Of a DNA stretch of 64,000 nucleotides, positions 45,474 to 56,237 are shown in pieces. The DNA comes from an uncultured Bacillota bacterium (GTDB lineage: Bacteria > Bacillota_I > Bacilli_A > RFN20 > CAG-826). Location of the stretch: contig CASEFL010000002.1 of assembly GCA_949287245.1 (NCBI GenBank), forward strand, positions 80,975 to 144,974, written 5' to 3'. The notes below the pieces were generated by a model. The model saw nothing but the letters and a program-made list of their open reading frames with translations, was not told the DNA's origin and did no database searches. Position numbers and translations under genes: made by a program. Numbering within the stretch: position 1 is the first letter of the stretch; every line of letters starts with the position of its first letter.

Positions 45474-46779
45474 GGTTGTAGAGAAAATAAAGAATCTATA
45501 TAGAAAAGATAAACTTTCTTTCTTCTTTTTAAGTGCTTGTTATTTTCTTTTATTTGCCATTTTTGTTTCCTTTCCTGTTTTAAGTGGCATTTATCCTTTT
45601 AATTACGTTCCTATCTTTTTTAGTGTTTTATTTGCAGTTTGCGTGTTTTTATATCTTTATATCAAAAAGCGTTTATTTTTAAGCCCAATGATGTTTTCTC
45701 TTCTTCTTTTTGGGGCATATAGCATTCTCGTGACTTGTTTTGGTTCTCAAGACTTTAGCTACGCTTTTACTCTAATGTCTAATATCTTAATTTGCTGTGT
45801 TATTGCAGAATTTGTTGCTAGCGAAAAATGTGCTGGTGTTGTGATAAAAATCTATGCTCTGGCAATTGCGTTTTTCTTTATTGTTTTTCTTTTTGTTTAT
45901 CGTGCAGAGATTTTAAGTCTTCATTTTGAACGGATAGGGGAATTGTTTGGTAATTTGAATCAAGTTGGGTTTACTTTGCTTACGGGATCAATTGCCTTTT
46001 CTTGGTGGGCGTTATCAACAAAAAAATGGGGTTATTTGCTTTTTATCCCTGCAATATTAATTATGGGTGTTGCCCTTTTTACGGGCTCTAGGGCTGTTTT
46101 AATTAATTCGTTTTTGCTCGTTGTTTTTGTTATTTTTTCACTTTATGGGCGTAAAAAAATATGGTTATCAATATTAACGGTAGTGGTACTTGCTATTCTC
46201 GCTGTTGGCATTTTATCTCTTCCGATATTTACTGGTTTAACTGAACGAATTCTTTCGTTATTATCTACGCTATTTGGAGTTGGAGAAGGAAATTATGATG
46301 CTTCTAGTGTTCAGCGTTTTAACATGATTATTGATGGGTTAAATTTATGGTCAAAAAATATAGTATTTGGTTACGGACTTGATGGGTTTAAGAACGCTTT
46401 AAGTTATGGTACATATTCTCATGCAACTTTAATTGAAGTCTTATGTAATTCCGGTCTTATTGGAGTTTTACTCTTTTTTATCCCTGTTTTGCGATGCAGT
46501 TTTGTTAATCCTAAAGCAAAAGAATACATGTTTTCCTTAGCATATTTTGTATGTGCGATTGTGGTGGGCCTTTTCTTTCAAATGCTAATTTATTCAAAAG
46601 CGTTTTATTTTCCTTTCTCAATCATGCTTGGCTTGTATGAATATTCTAGTGGCGGATTTAAATATACTTTGTTTATCGAAAGAAAAAGTCATTCATGGCT
46701 GCCCTTCTTTTCTTACCAAAAAGGAAATATATCTTTAACAAGAACTTTTGTATTGGAAAGTAGAGATATTAGATTATGA
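45463..46779 (+). CDS. O-antigen polymerase/ligase-like (Wzy-type) membrane protein.
   Basis: About 11 TM helices with a periplasmic loop near the C-terminus. It lies between a glycosyltransferase and CapF. Confidence 0.45.
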   Translation: MGNRVVEKIKNLYRKDKLSFFFLSACYFLLFAIFVSFPVLSGIYPFNYVPIFFSVLFAVCVFLYLYIKKRLFLSPMMFSLLLFGAYSILVTCFGSQDFSYAFTLMSNILICCVIAEFVASEKCAGVVIKIYALAIAFFFIVFLFVYRAEILSLHFERIGELFGNLNQVGFTLLTGSIAFSWWALSTKKWGYLLFIPAILIMGVALFTGSRAVLINSFLLVVFVIFSLYGRKKIWLSILTVVVLAILAVGILSLPIFTGLTERILSLLSTLFGVGEGNYDASSVQRFNMIIDGLNLWSKNIVFGYGLDGFKNALSYGTYSHATLIEVLCNSGLIGVLLFFIPVLRCSFVNPKAKEYMFSLAYFVCAIVVGLFFQMLIYSKAFYFPFSIMLGLYEYSSGGFKYTLFIERKSHSWLPFFSYQKGNISLTRTFVLESRDIRL

Positions 46780-47870
46780 AAATATTAATGATGGTCGGTT
46801 CTTTGACTTTTGGAGGCGCTGAAGTCTTTGCTATTAAGTTATTTCGCGCCTCAATTGGGACAAGTGTTCATATTGATTTTCTTGCTAATAAAGTTGGTGT
46901 TTTTGATCAAGAAGTGAAGGAAAATGGAAGCCAAATTTATTATGTTCCATCAAAGTCTGAATCCTTAAGAGAGTGTTATAGAGGAATCAAGAATGTTTTA
47001 AAAAAGAATTCTTATGATGCCGTTATAAAATTTGCAAATAATCCTTTTTCTGCTATTGATTTAATGGCAGTTCGTTCAAGTAGCAACGCTACAATCGCTT
47101 GCCGTTCAATGAATACAAATACTCCTGATAAGTTAATTAAAAAGATAACTTGGCCTTTTTTAAGGCCCTTGTTAAGACATTATACTGATGTAATGTTAGC
47201 CCCTTCTAAAGAAGCTGGGGAATTTCTCTTTGGTAAAAAACATTTTGATAAAAAAGGCCACGTTTTACCTAACGGGATACCATTTCATTTTTATGAATAT
47301 GACAAAAACGCTAGAGTTCAGTTACGAAATGAGTTAAGTGCAACTGAAGACACTTTTGTCATTGGTGTTGTTGGTCGACTAACAGGACAAAAAAATCCGT
47401 TTTTTAATATCGAAACATTCGAATTGCTTCAAAAAGAAAAACCAAACAGTCTGCTGGTTTTTTGTGGCGATGGAGAATTGCTTGGTGAACTGAAAAATCT
47501 TGTTTTGAAGAAAAATCTTACAAATAAAGTTGTTTTTTTGGGGTCAAGGAAGGATATCAATAAACTTTATTCCGCGTTTGATTGTTTATGGCTCCCTTCT
47601 TTTTATGAAGGTTTGCCTAATACAATTATTGAAGCGCAGGCATCTGGTTTGCCTTGCCTTGTTTCATCTAGTGTCACTAGAGAATGCAAGATTACAGATA
47701 ATGTTATTTTTCTTTCGTTAAATGCTAATGATTGGGTGAGGAATACAATAAATATAGGCTGTAAAGTGCGAATGATTGACGCTTGTTACTTAAATCAGTG
47801 CTATACGAATTCTAATTTTTCAATTGACGCTACTTTAGAAATTTTAAAAAGTTTGTTAAAACGAAATTAG
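46776..47870 (+). CDS. Glycosyltransferase family 1.
   Basis: N-terminal MKILMMVGSLTFGGAEVFAIKL and C-terminal EGLPNTIIEAQASGLPCL (EX7E motif). Confidence 0.75.
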   Translation: MKILMMVGSLTFGGAEVFAIKLFRASIGTSVHIDFLANKVGVFDQEVKENGSQIYYVPSKSESLRECYRGIKNVLKKNSYDAVIKFANNPFSAIDLMAVRSSSNATIACRSMNTNTPDKLIKKITWPFLRPLLRHYTDVMLAPSKEAGEFLFGKKHFDKKGHVLPNGIPFHFYEYDKNARVQLRNELSATEDTFVIGVVGRLTGQKNPFFNIETFELLQKEKPNSLLVFCGDGELLGELKNLVLKKNLTNKVVFLGSRKDINKLYSAFDCLWLPSFYEGLPNTIIEAQASGLPCLVSSSVTRECKITDNVIFLSLNANDWVRNTINIGCKVRMIDACYLNQCYTNSNFSIDATLEILKSLLKRN

Positions 47871-49387
47871 TTTCTTTTTAATAATCTTTTTGCAGTTGAT
47901 AAAGTAAAGGTTCGGAAATCTTTTCCAAGAAAGGCGAAGGAAATTGAACATATCCCTGCAATTCCTACGGCAATAAAACCATTAGCGAAGAAGAGCGTTG
48001 TATAAGAGCCTTGAATATACTTTGTTATCCAAAGAATGAAAGCAAGTTCTGCTAGAAAAAGAAAAGGCATAAAAAGCATTAACAAACAAGTTTTATCAAA
48101 TTTACTTTGAAAAATATTTTTATAAAGATAGTAAGTTGTTCCTGGAATATTGATGCAGGCATAAACCGCTACATTACTCCAAACAACTCCCAAAATCCCA
48201 AAGTTCCAAACTAAGGAAAATTTTAAAATAATTTGGACTACTAAAGAGAGGATAGGAACAAGAGCATCTTTTTTAAATAATCCTGAACAATCACGGAACG
48301 CTGCTGGTAAATAGGCAAACAAATGAATAAACCCTAAGCAAGATATCGCAAGGACGATTGGCCAAGATTCAATGTATTTTTCACCATAAAACATTGCTAC
48401 AAAAGGAGTGGAAGCAGCAGCATACCCACCATAAACAACACTAAATAAAATAAATCCGCCCAATATTGTGATGTTAAAGTAACGTTTTAAAGCCTCTTTT
48501 CCTTGCGAACGATATGCATGTCCCAAAACAGATATTGTAGCAGAGATACCAGCGCCAATAACCGTTACTAAAGCAGTAGCAATGGTATTGTAATTGGCGT
48601 AGTGACCTAACGCGGTTACAGAAATAAGCGAAGATATGATAATGGTGTCTAAAGAATTTGCCGCAATGCCTGTAATTCGGTGATAAAGTCCTCCACGCAC
48701 TAATTTATAGAGTTCTTTTTTCTCGACCAAAGATAAAGAAACATTTCCTTTAAATACATCTTTATGTTCTTTTGAAAAGACGGTTATCAAGAGAAATTGA
48801 ATGAGCAAATTTACAAGGGTGAAAGAAGAGAAAAGCAAGAAATTAGGAAAGATATAGGCAAAAATTATTTGTAAGATATGTTGAATGATGGAGGCGCCAG
48901 AGGAGGCGAAATCCTTTTTAAAGTTTTCTTTATAGGCATTTAAAAGGACCCCTTTGTAACTAAAGAAATAAACGCCGCCAGATCCAAGAAGATAGGAAAA
49001 ATAAGCAAGATAAATATCCCAAGTAACCGTAGCACCATTAGCAAGATATGGCAGAAAAATTCCTACCGCTGCTCCAGTTAAAATAACAATAACACCAATA
49101 ATTAAATAGATGCGTTTTAAATAGCAATAATATGCAGCAATTTTTTCTTTATCTCCTGCCAAAATAGGATCATAAAGACAGAAGCCTACCGCGCCAGCAA
49201 AGCCTACTTCAACGATGGTAAGAACACCAAGAATGCTATTAAACAGCGTATTAAAGCCTTGATAGTCTACTCCCATCATTTGGACAAGCGCTCGCAAGGC
49301 AAAGAAATTTAAAATTACACTTATAACCCTCAGAACAATACTTGTAATGGAATTGATTGCACCGCGTTTTTTATCCATATTCTTCAA
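47867..49387 (-). CDS. Wzx-type polysaccharide flippase (MOP superfamily).
   Basis: About 14 TM helices, 506 aa, typical MOP architecture. It is convergent with the GT1 gene, with a 4-nt overlap. Confidence 0.7.
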   Translation of the reverse strand: MKNMDKKRGAINSITSIVLRVISVILNFFALRALVQMMGVDYQGFNTLFNSILGVLTIVEVGFAGAVGFCLYDPILAGDKEKIAAYYCYLKRIYLIIGVIVILTGAAVGIFLPYLANGATVTWDIYLAYFSYLLGSGGVYFFSYKGVLLNAYKENFKKDFASSGASIIQHILQIIFAYIFPNFLLFSSFTLVNLLIQFLLITVFSKEHKDVFKGNVSLSLVEKKELYKLVRGGLYHRITGIAANSLDTIIISSLISVTALGHYANYNTIATALVTVIGAGISATISVLGHAYRSQGKEALKRYFNITILGGFILFSVVYGGYAAASTPFVAMFYGEKYIESWPIVLAISCLGFIHLFAYLPAAFRDCSGLFKKDALVPILSLVVQIILKFSLVWNFGILGVVWSNVAVYACINIPGTTYYLYKNIFQSKFDKTCLLMLFMPFLFLAELAFILWITKYIQGSYTTLFFANGFIAVGIAGICSISFAFLGKDFRTFTLSTAKRLLKRN

Positions 49388-49464
49388 GCAAGCATTATAG
49401 TGATTTTAGTATTTCTTCAAACAATGTTTAAATAGATTACATGCACCTTATTTGTTTTATAAGT

Positions 49465-50301
49465 TTAAAAGAACTTTAAATGCAAATCGATGTTACTAGG
49501 CGCTAAATTCTCATCGATTGGAGAGTTGTAATCTCGATTTCGATAATCACCAAATACTGTTCTTAAATAGGATTCTATATCGCTAGGAGTAGGGAACTCC
49601 CATCCTCGAAAAGGAATTGTTCTATTTCCTTTAAAGGATTCAATAGGATAAATTGAATCACGAAATAAATAAGGGGAGTATAAGTCTAAATAATGGGTTG
49701 CATTTTTGTTTTTCTTTAATGGCCAAGCTTCTAATTTCTTTCTTTTCTTAAAAAGTTTTTCTTTCTTTTGAAAATGACTAAGGAAGCGCGCGAATGGCCC
49801 TGCACATTCTTTTTGATAATCTTTTGGGGCTACTTTTAAAGAAATCCATTCTTCGTTTCTTGCTACTCTTTTTGAATAACGAATGAGTTTTGTCATTTCT
49901 CCTGTAGAAGATTCATCTAGTGGGCGAACATCAATAAAAATTCCTTTATTTTCTAAACCTTGTTTTTCAAAACGCGGTAAATCCATTGAAGTTAACCGCC
50001 CACGAATCCGACAAAAACCTTCTGGATAATGGGGGTCGGTTGTCTTATCTTCTAAGATATAAAGGCGAGATAACATATTGCCTGTAGATAAAAGAATACG
50101 AAAAATTTCATAATCCTTTCTAGGCATTAAAATTTCTCCTTGATAAGCATTCGGTAGGAAGTCTTGGAAGAGGTAGGCCCCTAAAAGAGTTTCTCCTCCT
50201 AAATAAAAGGTTAATTTTGATTCTTCACACACTCTTAATACTTCCATGAGCATTTGGAAGAGCATGGTATGGAGTTCTTCATAAGTTTCTTTTTTTATCA
50301 T
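49465..50301 (-). CDS. LicD-family nucleotidyl/phosphotransferase (phosphocholine or phospho-sugar transfer to polysaccharide).
   Basis: N-terminal MIKKETYEELHTMLFQMLMEVLRVCEESKLTFYLGGETLLGA matches the LicD N-terminal fold. There is a DxD-like FIDVRPLD motif. The start was chosen at MIKKE; an alternative start is at 50337. Confidence 0.6.
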   Translation of the reverse strand: MIKKETYEELHTMLFQMLMEVLRVCEESKLTFYLGGETLLGAYLFQDFLPNAYQGEILMPRKDYEIFRILLSTGNMLSRLYILEDKTTDPHYPEGFCRIRGRLTSMDLPRFEKQGLENKGIFIDVRPLDESSTGEMTKLIRYSKRVARNEEWISLKVAPKDYQKECAGPFARFLSHFQKKEKLFKKRKKLEAWPLKKNKNATHYLDLYSPYLFRDSIYPIESFKGNRTIPFRGWEFPTPSDIESYLRTVFGDYRNRDYNSPIDENLAPSNIDLHLKFF

Positions 50302-50562
50302 AAGAGAAATTATAGCTAAGAAAAGGGAAAGACACACATTTATCTTTGTTCGAATGCTTATTGGATTCTCATTACTTTCGTAAAAGAATATTTTTCTTTT
50401 TCTTAAATTGAAAACAAATCATATAAGAATTGTTAAAAATTAGAAAAAACATATGCGTTTTGCAAAGTTATTTATTAATACAAAGAGAAAGGTTGCGAAC
50501 AATTCTTCTCATAAATATCCACGCTCAAAGAAAAAAGATACATTTTATGTTAAACTTTTCTT

Positions 50563-51801
50563 ATGAACATTACGGTAGTTGGTCTTGGATATGTAGGCCT
50601 CTCTCTTGCAGTTTTATTAGCAAAAAAACATCACGTAAAAGGCTTAGAAGTGAATCCAAAAAAAGTAGAACTTTTAAACAAAGGAATTTCCCCTATTCAT
50701 GAAGTAGGGATTATGGAAGCATTAAAAGAAGATTCCTTAGATTTAGAAGTAACTCTTGATCCCCAAATTGCTTATAAAAATACAGAACTTGTTATTCTTG
50801 CTGCACCAACGGACTATGACCCACATAAAAATTACTTTGATACTTCAAAACTGGAAGCAGCTATCGAGGTTGGTTTAAAAGAAATTGGAAATAAAGATAT
50901 TCCTTTTATCATCAAATCTACCATTCCTTTTGGCTATACCGACACTTTAAAAAATCTTTATAAGAAAGACTTGTTCTTATTTTCTCCTGAATTTTTAAGA
51001 GAAAGCCATGCTTTAGAAGATAATTTAAATCCAGCAAGAATTATTGTCGGAGGAGATTTTAAAAATCCTTTCTTAAAAAAGGCGGGAGAAACTTTTGCTA
51101 CATTGCTTTATGAAGGCGCTTTAAATCATCCTTCTGTTCTTTATATGAGTAGTAAGGAGGCTGAATGCGTAAAATTATTCGCCAATACGTATTTGGCTTT
51201 ACGAGTCGCTTTCTTTAATGAACTTGATACTTTCGCGGAAGTTCGCGGGCTTGATTCTTCCTCTATCATTAAAGGAGTATCTCTTGATTCTCGAATTGGA
51301 GATTTTTATAACAATCCTAGTTTTGGCTATGGCGGGTATTGTCTTCCTAAAGATACCAAACAGTTGAAGGCCAATTTTGAACATGTTCCAGAAACCTTAA
51401 TTAGTGCTTTAGTTGAATCTAACCGCACTAGAAAAGATTTCATCGCGGATCGCGTATTAGAAAAAGCAGGCTTTTATGGAGAGAATCACACGCTTGGAGA
51501 AAACGGAATTCCTGGGAAAGATGTTGTTATTGGGGTATATCGTCTAACCATGAAATCAGGATCAGACAATTTCCGCAGTTCTTCTATTCAAGGCGTTATG
51601 AAAAGAATTAAGGCGAAAGGAGCAAAGGTTATTGTCTATGAACCTCTTCTTTCTGAACCGACTTTCTTTGGAAGCGAAGTATTTCATGATTTAAAACAAT
51701 TTGCTTCTAGATGTGATGTCATTATTGCGAACCGTATGAATCATGAACTTCTTCCTTATGAAGATAAAGTTTATACACGAGATATTTATCGGAGAGATTA
51801 A
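50563..51801 (+). CDS. ugd: UDP-glucose 6-dehydrogenase.
   Basis: N-terminal [20 protein letters not shown], and catalytic Cys in [11 protein letters not shown]. Confidence 0.85.
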   Translation: MNITVVGLGYVGLSLAVLLAKKHHVKGLEVNPKKVELLNKGISPIHEVGIMEALKEDSLDLEVTLDPQIAYKNTELVILAAPTDYDPHKNYFDTSKLEAAIEVGLKEIGNKDIPFIIKSTIPFGYTDTLKNLYKKDLFLFSPEFLRESHALEDNLNPARIIVGGDFKNPFLKKAGETFATLLYEGALNHPSVLYMSSKEAECVKLFANTYLALRVAFFNELDTFAEVRGLDSSSIIKGVSLDSRIGDFYNNPSFGYGGYCLPKDTKQLKANFEHVPETLISALVESNRTRKDFIADRVLEKAGFYGENHTLGENGIPGKDVVIGVYRLTMKSGSDNFRSSSIQGVMKRIKAKGAKVIVYEPLLSEPTFFGSEVFHDLKQFASRCDVIIANRMNHELLPYEDKVYTRDIYRRD

Positions 51802-51803
51802 AG

Positions 51804-52790
51804 ATGAAAAGAATTCTTGTTACAGGTTCTGCAGGGTTCATTGGTTTTCATCTTTCTTTGCTTTTACTAAAGAAAGGGTTTTCTGTTATTGGCATTGATA
51901 ACATGAATTCTTACTATGACCATAAGCTAAAAGAGGAAAGAGAAGCTTTATTAAAAGAATATCCAAACTATAAAAGTTACCATTTTGGCCTAGAGGATTT
52001 TTCTTCATTAGAAAAGGTATTTTCTGAAGAAAAAGTGGATATTTGCGTGAATTTAGCCGCGCAGGCAGGGGTTCGTTATTCGATAAGAAATCCAGATGCT
52101 TATATTGAATCGAATATTATTGGTTTTTATCACATCTTAGAATGTTGTCGTCATTTTCCAGTTGAACAGTTAATTTATGCCTCTTCTTCTAGTGTTTATG
52201 GTGCGAATGAAAAAGTTCCTTATTGTGTGGAAGATAAATGTGACGCGCCTGTATCTTTATATGCCGCGACAAAGAAGAGTAACGAACTTTTTGCTTACGC
52301 TTATTCGAAACTTTATCAAATTCCTGCTCGCGGGGTACGTTTCTTTACTGTTTATGGAGAATGGGGCAGACCCGATATGGCATATTATTCTTTTTCAAAA
52401 AAGATATTAACTGGTGAACCCATTACCTTATTCAATAACGGAAAGATGGAAAGAGATTTTACTTATGTTGGGGACGTTGTTGAGGGTTTATTTCGGATGA
52501 TAGAAACCCCAGTTATTCCCAAAGAAGATGGTTCCTTGCACGCCGTATATAATTTGGGAAATAGTAATCCCGTTCCTTTATTAACTTTTGTTCATACTTT
52601 AGAAGAAGTTTTAGATAAGAAAGCAAAAATCACTTTTGCTCCTATGCAAAAAGGGGATGTGGTTCGTACATATGCGGATTTAAAGGACACGATTCGTGAT
52701 TTTCATTTTGAGCCTTCTACTCCTTTAAAAGAAGGATTAGAAAAGTTTGTAAAGTGGTATCGCATTTGGAGGGAAAAACATGAAATATGA
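51804..52790 (+). CDS. NAD-dependent UDP-glucuronate 4-epimerase-type SDR.
   Basis: N-terminal ILVTGSAGFIGFHL, catalytic YAATK. It is adjacent to ugd. Length is 328 aa. Confidence 0.7.
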   Translation: MKRILVTGSAGFIGFHLSLLLLKKGFSVIGIDNMNSYYDHKLKEEREALLKEYPNYKSYHFGLEDFSSLEKVFSEEKVDICVNLAAQAGVRYSIRNPDAYIESNIIGFYHILECCRHFPVEQLIYASSSSVYGANEKVPYCVEDKCDAPVSLYAATKKSNELFAYAYSKLYQIPARGVRFFTVYGEWGRPDMAYYSFSKKILTGEPITLFNNGKMERDFTYVGDVVEGLFRMIETPVIPKEDGSLHAVYNLGNSNPVPLLTFVHTLEEVLDKKAKITFAPMQKGDVVRTYADLKDTIRDFHFEPSTPLKEGLEKFVKWYRIWREKHEI

Positions 52791-53910
52791 TGCCTTAATT
52801 GTGGGTGCAGGATTATATGGTGCAACAATAGCTTATCAACTCCACCAAGCCGGGAAGAAAGTTCTTGTCTTAGAAAAAGAATCCTACGTAGGTGGGATTT
52901 GTCATCAAGAGAAAGAAGAAGGAATTTCCGTTCATACGCATGGTGCGCATATTTTCCATACAGGAGATGAAGAAGTTTGGAGTCTTGTTACTTCCTTAAC
53001 TCCTTTTGTGCCTTATATCAATTCTCCAAAAGCGAACTATCATGGGAAGTTATATTCCCTGCCATTTAACATGAATACTTTCCATGAACTTTGGCCAGAT
53101 GTAGTTACGGAAGATGATGCAAAAAGAAAACTAGAAGAAGAGACAAAGCCTTATTCTGGAATCGATGAATCGACGGTGGAAGGATGGTGTCTAGCCCATA
53201 TTGGCCCTACACTTTATGAGACATTAGTGAAGCATTATACGGAAAAACAATGGGGAATGACTTGCGATAAACTGGATAGTTCCATTATCAAGCGTTTGCC
53301 TTTACGCTTCCGCTATGATAGCAACTACTTTAATGATCCTTATCAAGGGTTACCAAAGGATGGCTATGATGCTTTAGCACACGCTCTTTTGAAAGATGTC
53401 GATGTTCTTTTAAATGTTGATTTCCTTAAAAATCGCGAAAAGTATCAAAGAATTGCGCCAATAATTATTTATTCTGGTCCATTAGATGCTTTATTTCATT
53501 ATCGGTTTGGCGCTCTTGGTTGGCGTTCTCTTCGTTTTGAAAAAGTCACTTTGGATCAAGAAGATTATCAAGGTATGGCAGTAATGAACTATACGGATGA
53601 GACAGTTGCTTATACACGTATTGTTGAACATAAACACTTTTTGAAGGAAGTCTCTTCAAAAACCATTCTTACACGGGAATATAGTTCTTCTTGGCAAGAA
53701 GGAATGGAACCTTTATATCCTTTAAAAGATGAAGAAAATCTTGCTCTAGCAAAGCGATATGAAGAAGAAGCAAAAAAAGAAGGAATTTTCCTTGGTGGGC
53801 GGTTAGGGATTTATAAATATTTAGATATGGATGATGTGATTCGTCTTGCACTAGATGATAGTAAGAAGATTTTTAGTGAACGTATCTTAATAGAAAAGAA
53901 ATCGCTATAA
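52780..53910 (+). CDS. glf: UDP-galactopyranose mutase.
   Basis: FAD motif MKYDALIVGAGLYGATIA, followed by ...VLEKESYVGGIC. Length is 376 aa. Confidence 0.85.
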   Translation: MKYDALIVGAGLYGATIAYQLHQAGKKVLVLEKESYVGGICHQEKEEGISVHTHGAHIFHTGDEEVWSLVTSLTPFVPYINSPKANYHGKLYSLPFNMNTFHELWPDVVTEDDAKRKLEEETKPYSGIDESTVEGWCLAHIGPTLYETLVKHYTEKQWGMTCDKLDSSIIKRLPLRFRYDSNYFNDPYQGLPKDGYDALAHALLKDVDVLLNVDFLKNREKYQRIAPIIIYSGPLDALFHYRFGALGWRSLRFEKVTLDQEDYQGMAVMNYTDETVAYTRIVEHKHFLKEVSSKTILTREYSSSWQEGMEPLYPLKDEENLALAKRYEEEAKKEGIFLGGRLGIYKYLDMDDVIRLALDDSKKIFSERILIEKKSL

Positions 53911-53940
53911 TCAAAAAAGAAATTTTAGGAGAAATCATTT

Positions 53941-54648
53941 ATGGTGAAATTAGTCTTGATTCGTCACGGTCAATCCGCTTGGAACTTAGAAAATAAGTTT
54001 ACAGGTTGGACGGATGTTGATCTTTCCCCAAAAGGCGTAGAGGAAGCAAAAGAAGCAGGGAAAACTTTAAAGAAGGATGGTTATACCTTTGATCTTGCCT
54101 ATTCTTCCGTGTTAAAAAGAGCGAACCGCACAATGGACCTTGTTTTGGAAGAATTAGGAGAAGGGAACATTGAAAAACACTATAGCTGGCGTTTAAACGA
54201 AAGACATTACGGAGCCTTACAAGGATTAAATAAGGCAGAATCCGCTGTGAAATGGGGCGATGAACAAGTTCATATTTGGAGAAGATCTGCAGATGTTCAA
54301 CCTCCTGCTTTAACAAAAGATGATCCTCGTTGGCCAGGGAATCAAGAAACCTATACGAATCTTGTGAAAAAGGGAGAGATGAATGAAGAAGATCTCCCTT
54401 TAACTGAGTGTCTTGTGGATACCGCAAAGCGGGTCAAACCTTATTTTGATAAAGAAATTGCCCCTGCGATTAAAGCCGGAAAGAAGGTTTTAATTGCCGC
54501 TCACGGAAATAGCCTTCGTGCTCTTGTTATGGAACTAGAACATTTAACTGCAGAAGAGATTGTTGGGGTAGAAATTCCTACAGGAAAACCTCTTGTCTAT
54601 GAATTAGACGAGAAAACTTTAGAAGTTTTAAATAAGTACTACTTATAA
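53941..54648 (+). CDS. gpmA: 2,3-bisphosphoglycerate-dependent phosphoglycerate mutase.
   Basis: Phosphohistidine motif [10 protein letters not shown], motif [12 protein letters not shown], and the second His in [10 protein letters not shown]. Confidence 0.9.
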   Translation: MVKLVLIRHGQSAWNLENKFTGWTDVDLSPKGVEEAKEAGKTLKKDGYTFDLAYSSVLKRANRTMDLVLEELGEGNIEKHYSWRLNERHYGALQGLNKAESAVKWGDEQVHIWRRSADVQPPALTKDDPRWPGNQETYTNLVKKGEMNEEDLPLTECLVDTAKRVKPYFDKEIAPAIKAGKKVLIAAHGNSLRALVMELEHLTAEEIVGVEIPTGKPLVYELDEKTLEVLNKYYL

Positions 54649-54665
54649 TTTCATCCTATAACCTG

Positions 54666-54693
54666 AAATGCACGGTTATCCGTGCATTTTTTT
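54666..54693 (+). terminator. Rho-independent terminator of gpmA.
   Basis: ATGCACGG-ttat-CCGTGCAT followed by TTTTTT. Confidence 0.7.
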
Positions 54694-54710
54694 GTATGAG
54701 GAAAAGAGGT

Positions 54711-55970
54711 TTATAGAAGGTTCCTTTCCTTTAAAAGAAGATATAAAGCGATCAAAGCGGCAACTTCAGGAGAAGCAGCGGTTAAAGTCTCATAGGTGCT
54801 TAAATAGGATCCCTCTTTTACCTCACCATATAAACAGGCAAGCAAATCCTTATAGTGTTTTGGATTTACTTTTTTACTACCTCGATGAAGAGCGAAATAA
54901 TTAAAAGTTTTTAAAGTCCTGGCATATTCTTGAACCTTCTTTTCGCAGGTCCTTAAATAAGTGCGTAAATCATATTCATGGGTAAAAGGAACACCCATAA
55001 TATCTCCAACAAATTCAATTGTGCGGATAAATAAATCCTCTTCGCTTGTGGGAACATTTCCTTGATAGGAGAAAGCTTCTTGGATTTTGTGATAATCATA
55101 AATATGCCCGCGGTGCAATAAACTTCCGGTTAAAATTTTTCCATACTCTCCAACATTTCTTCCTTTTTTAAAGGTAAAGGCAAAACCATAAGAATCTCCT
55201 AAAGCTTTTTTGGCATCTAGATAACCAAGTTCGATACTTTCATCTACAACCTGGCGAGTAAAATCGAAAAAGGAACCAGTTTTTCTAGAAGGAGTAATTA
55301 AGGTTACAAAAGGAAGATTTTTTAGTTCTGGATGTTGAGGGTTTCGCGGCCAGGCATGGAGTTCAATAGCAATAATTTCCTCTGCGCCTAACCGCAATGC
55401 GTAATCAATAGGCATATTATTTCGATAACCGCCATCAATATAAGGTTTTCCCTTAATCCACTTGATAGGAAGAAGAGGGTAACATGCAGAGGAAGCAATT
55501 AAAAATTCTGAAATTAAATCATTATCTACTTCGTTTAGAAGCACATCATATTCTTCAAAGGAGGGAAGTTTTGTAGTAACAATTCCTACTTTTACATTAC
55601 ATTCTTTAATTCTTTGCGGATCGACATTCTCTTCAATAAGAGATTTAAGTGGTGCAGCATCCCCGCCCCCATACCAAAGATAATCTTGCGCATAATTGAT
55701 AATTTCTTTTCTTATTGATCGAGAAAAGTTTTTTAACGTATTGGGTGTTAAATTAATTCCATTTCGTAAAACAGTATGAACCGTAACGTTTTTCCAAATC
55801 TCTAAATTTTTTTCAAAGTCCCCTACGGCATACATCGCGGCATTAAGTGCCCCAATTGAAGTCCCGGTCATTACAGAAAAAGTTAACCCCTTTTCTAAAA
55901 GATACTGATAAGCACCTGCTTCATAGGCTCCTAGAGAGCCTCCTCCACAAAGAACCAAACCTTTTTCCAT
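54711..55970 (-). CDS. Patatin-like phospholipase family protein with a roughly 200-aa C-terminal extension.
   Basis: Motifs GGGSLGAY (oxyanion GGGxxG), GTSIGA (Ser nucleophile GxSxG) and DGGYRNN (catalytic Asp). Confidence 0.75.
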   Translation of the reverse strand: MEKGLVLCGGGSLGAYEAGAYQYLLEKGLTFSVMTGTSIGALNAAMYAVGDFEKNLEIWKNVTVHTVLRNGINLTPNTLKNFSRSIRKEIINYAQDYLWYGGGDAAPLKSLIEENVDPQRIKECNVKVGIVTTKLPSFEEYDVLLNEVDNDLISEFLIASSACYPLLPIKWIKGKPYIDGGYRNNMPIDYALRLGAEEIIAIELHAWPRNPQHPELKNLPFVTLITPSRKTGSFFDFTRQVVDESIELGYLDAKKALGDSYGFAFTFKKGRNVGEYGKILTGSLLHRGHIYDYHKIQEAFSYQGNVPTSEEDLFIRTIEFVGDIMGVPFTHEYDLRTYLRTCEKKVQEYARTLKTFNYFALHRGSKKVNPKHYKDLLACLYGEVKEGSYLSTYETLTAASPEVAALIALYLLLKERNLL

Positions 55971-56197
55971 GATACTTAAGATTTACCTTATTTTCTTAAT
56001 ATTCTCAATAAAAGAATGTTACTTTTAATTATTTAAAAGCGCGGTAAAAGAAGATTGATTGGATAAAACTTTTTTCTATAAAGAACATAGGTTTCATTTT
56101 GTTTCTATAAACTTTTCGTTTGCTTTCAAGATTTACAAAATGATCTATATCTTTACTTAGAATATGTTCTTTTTATTCACTAGTTCTCTTTTCCTAT

Positions 56198-56221
56198 AAA
56201 AAAACTGCTCTTGCGAGCAGT
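56198..56221 (-). terminator. Rho-independent terminator of dfx.
   Basis: ACTGCTC-gcaa-GAGCAGT followed by TTTTTTT on the minus strand, 8 nt after the stop. Confidence 0.65.
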
Positions 56222-56237
56222 CATAAACAATATTTAT

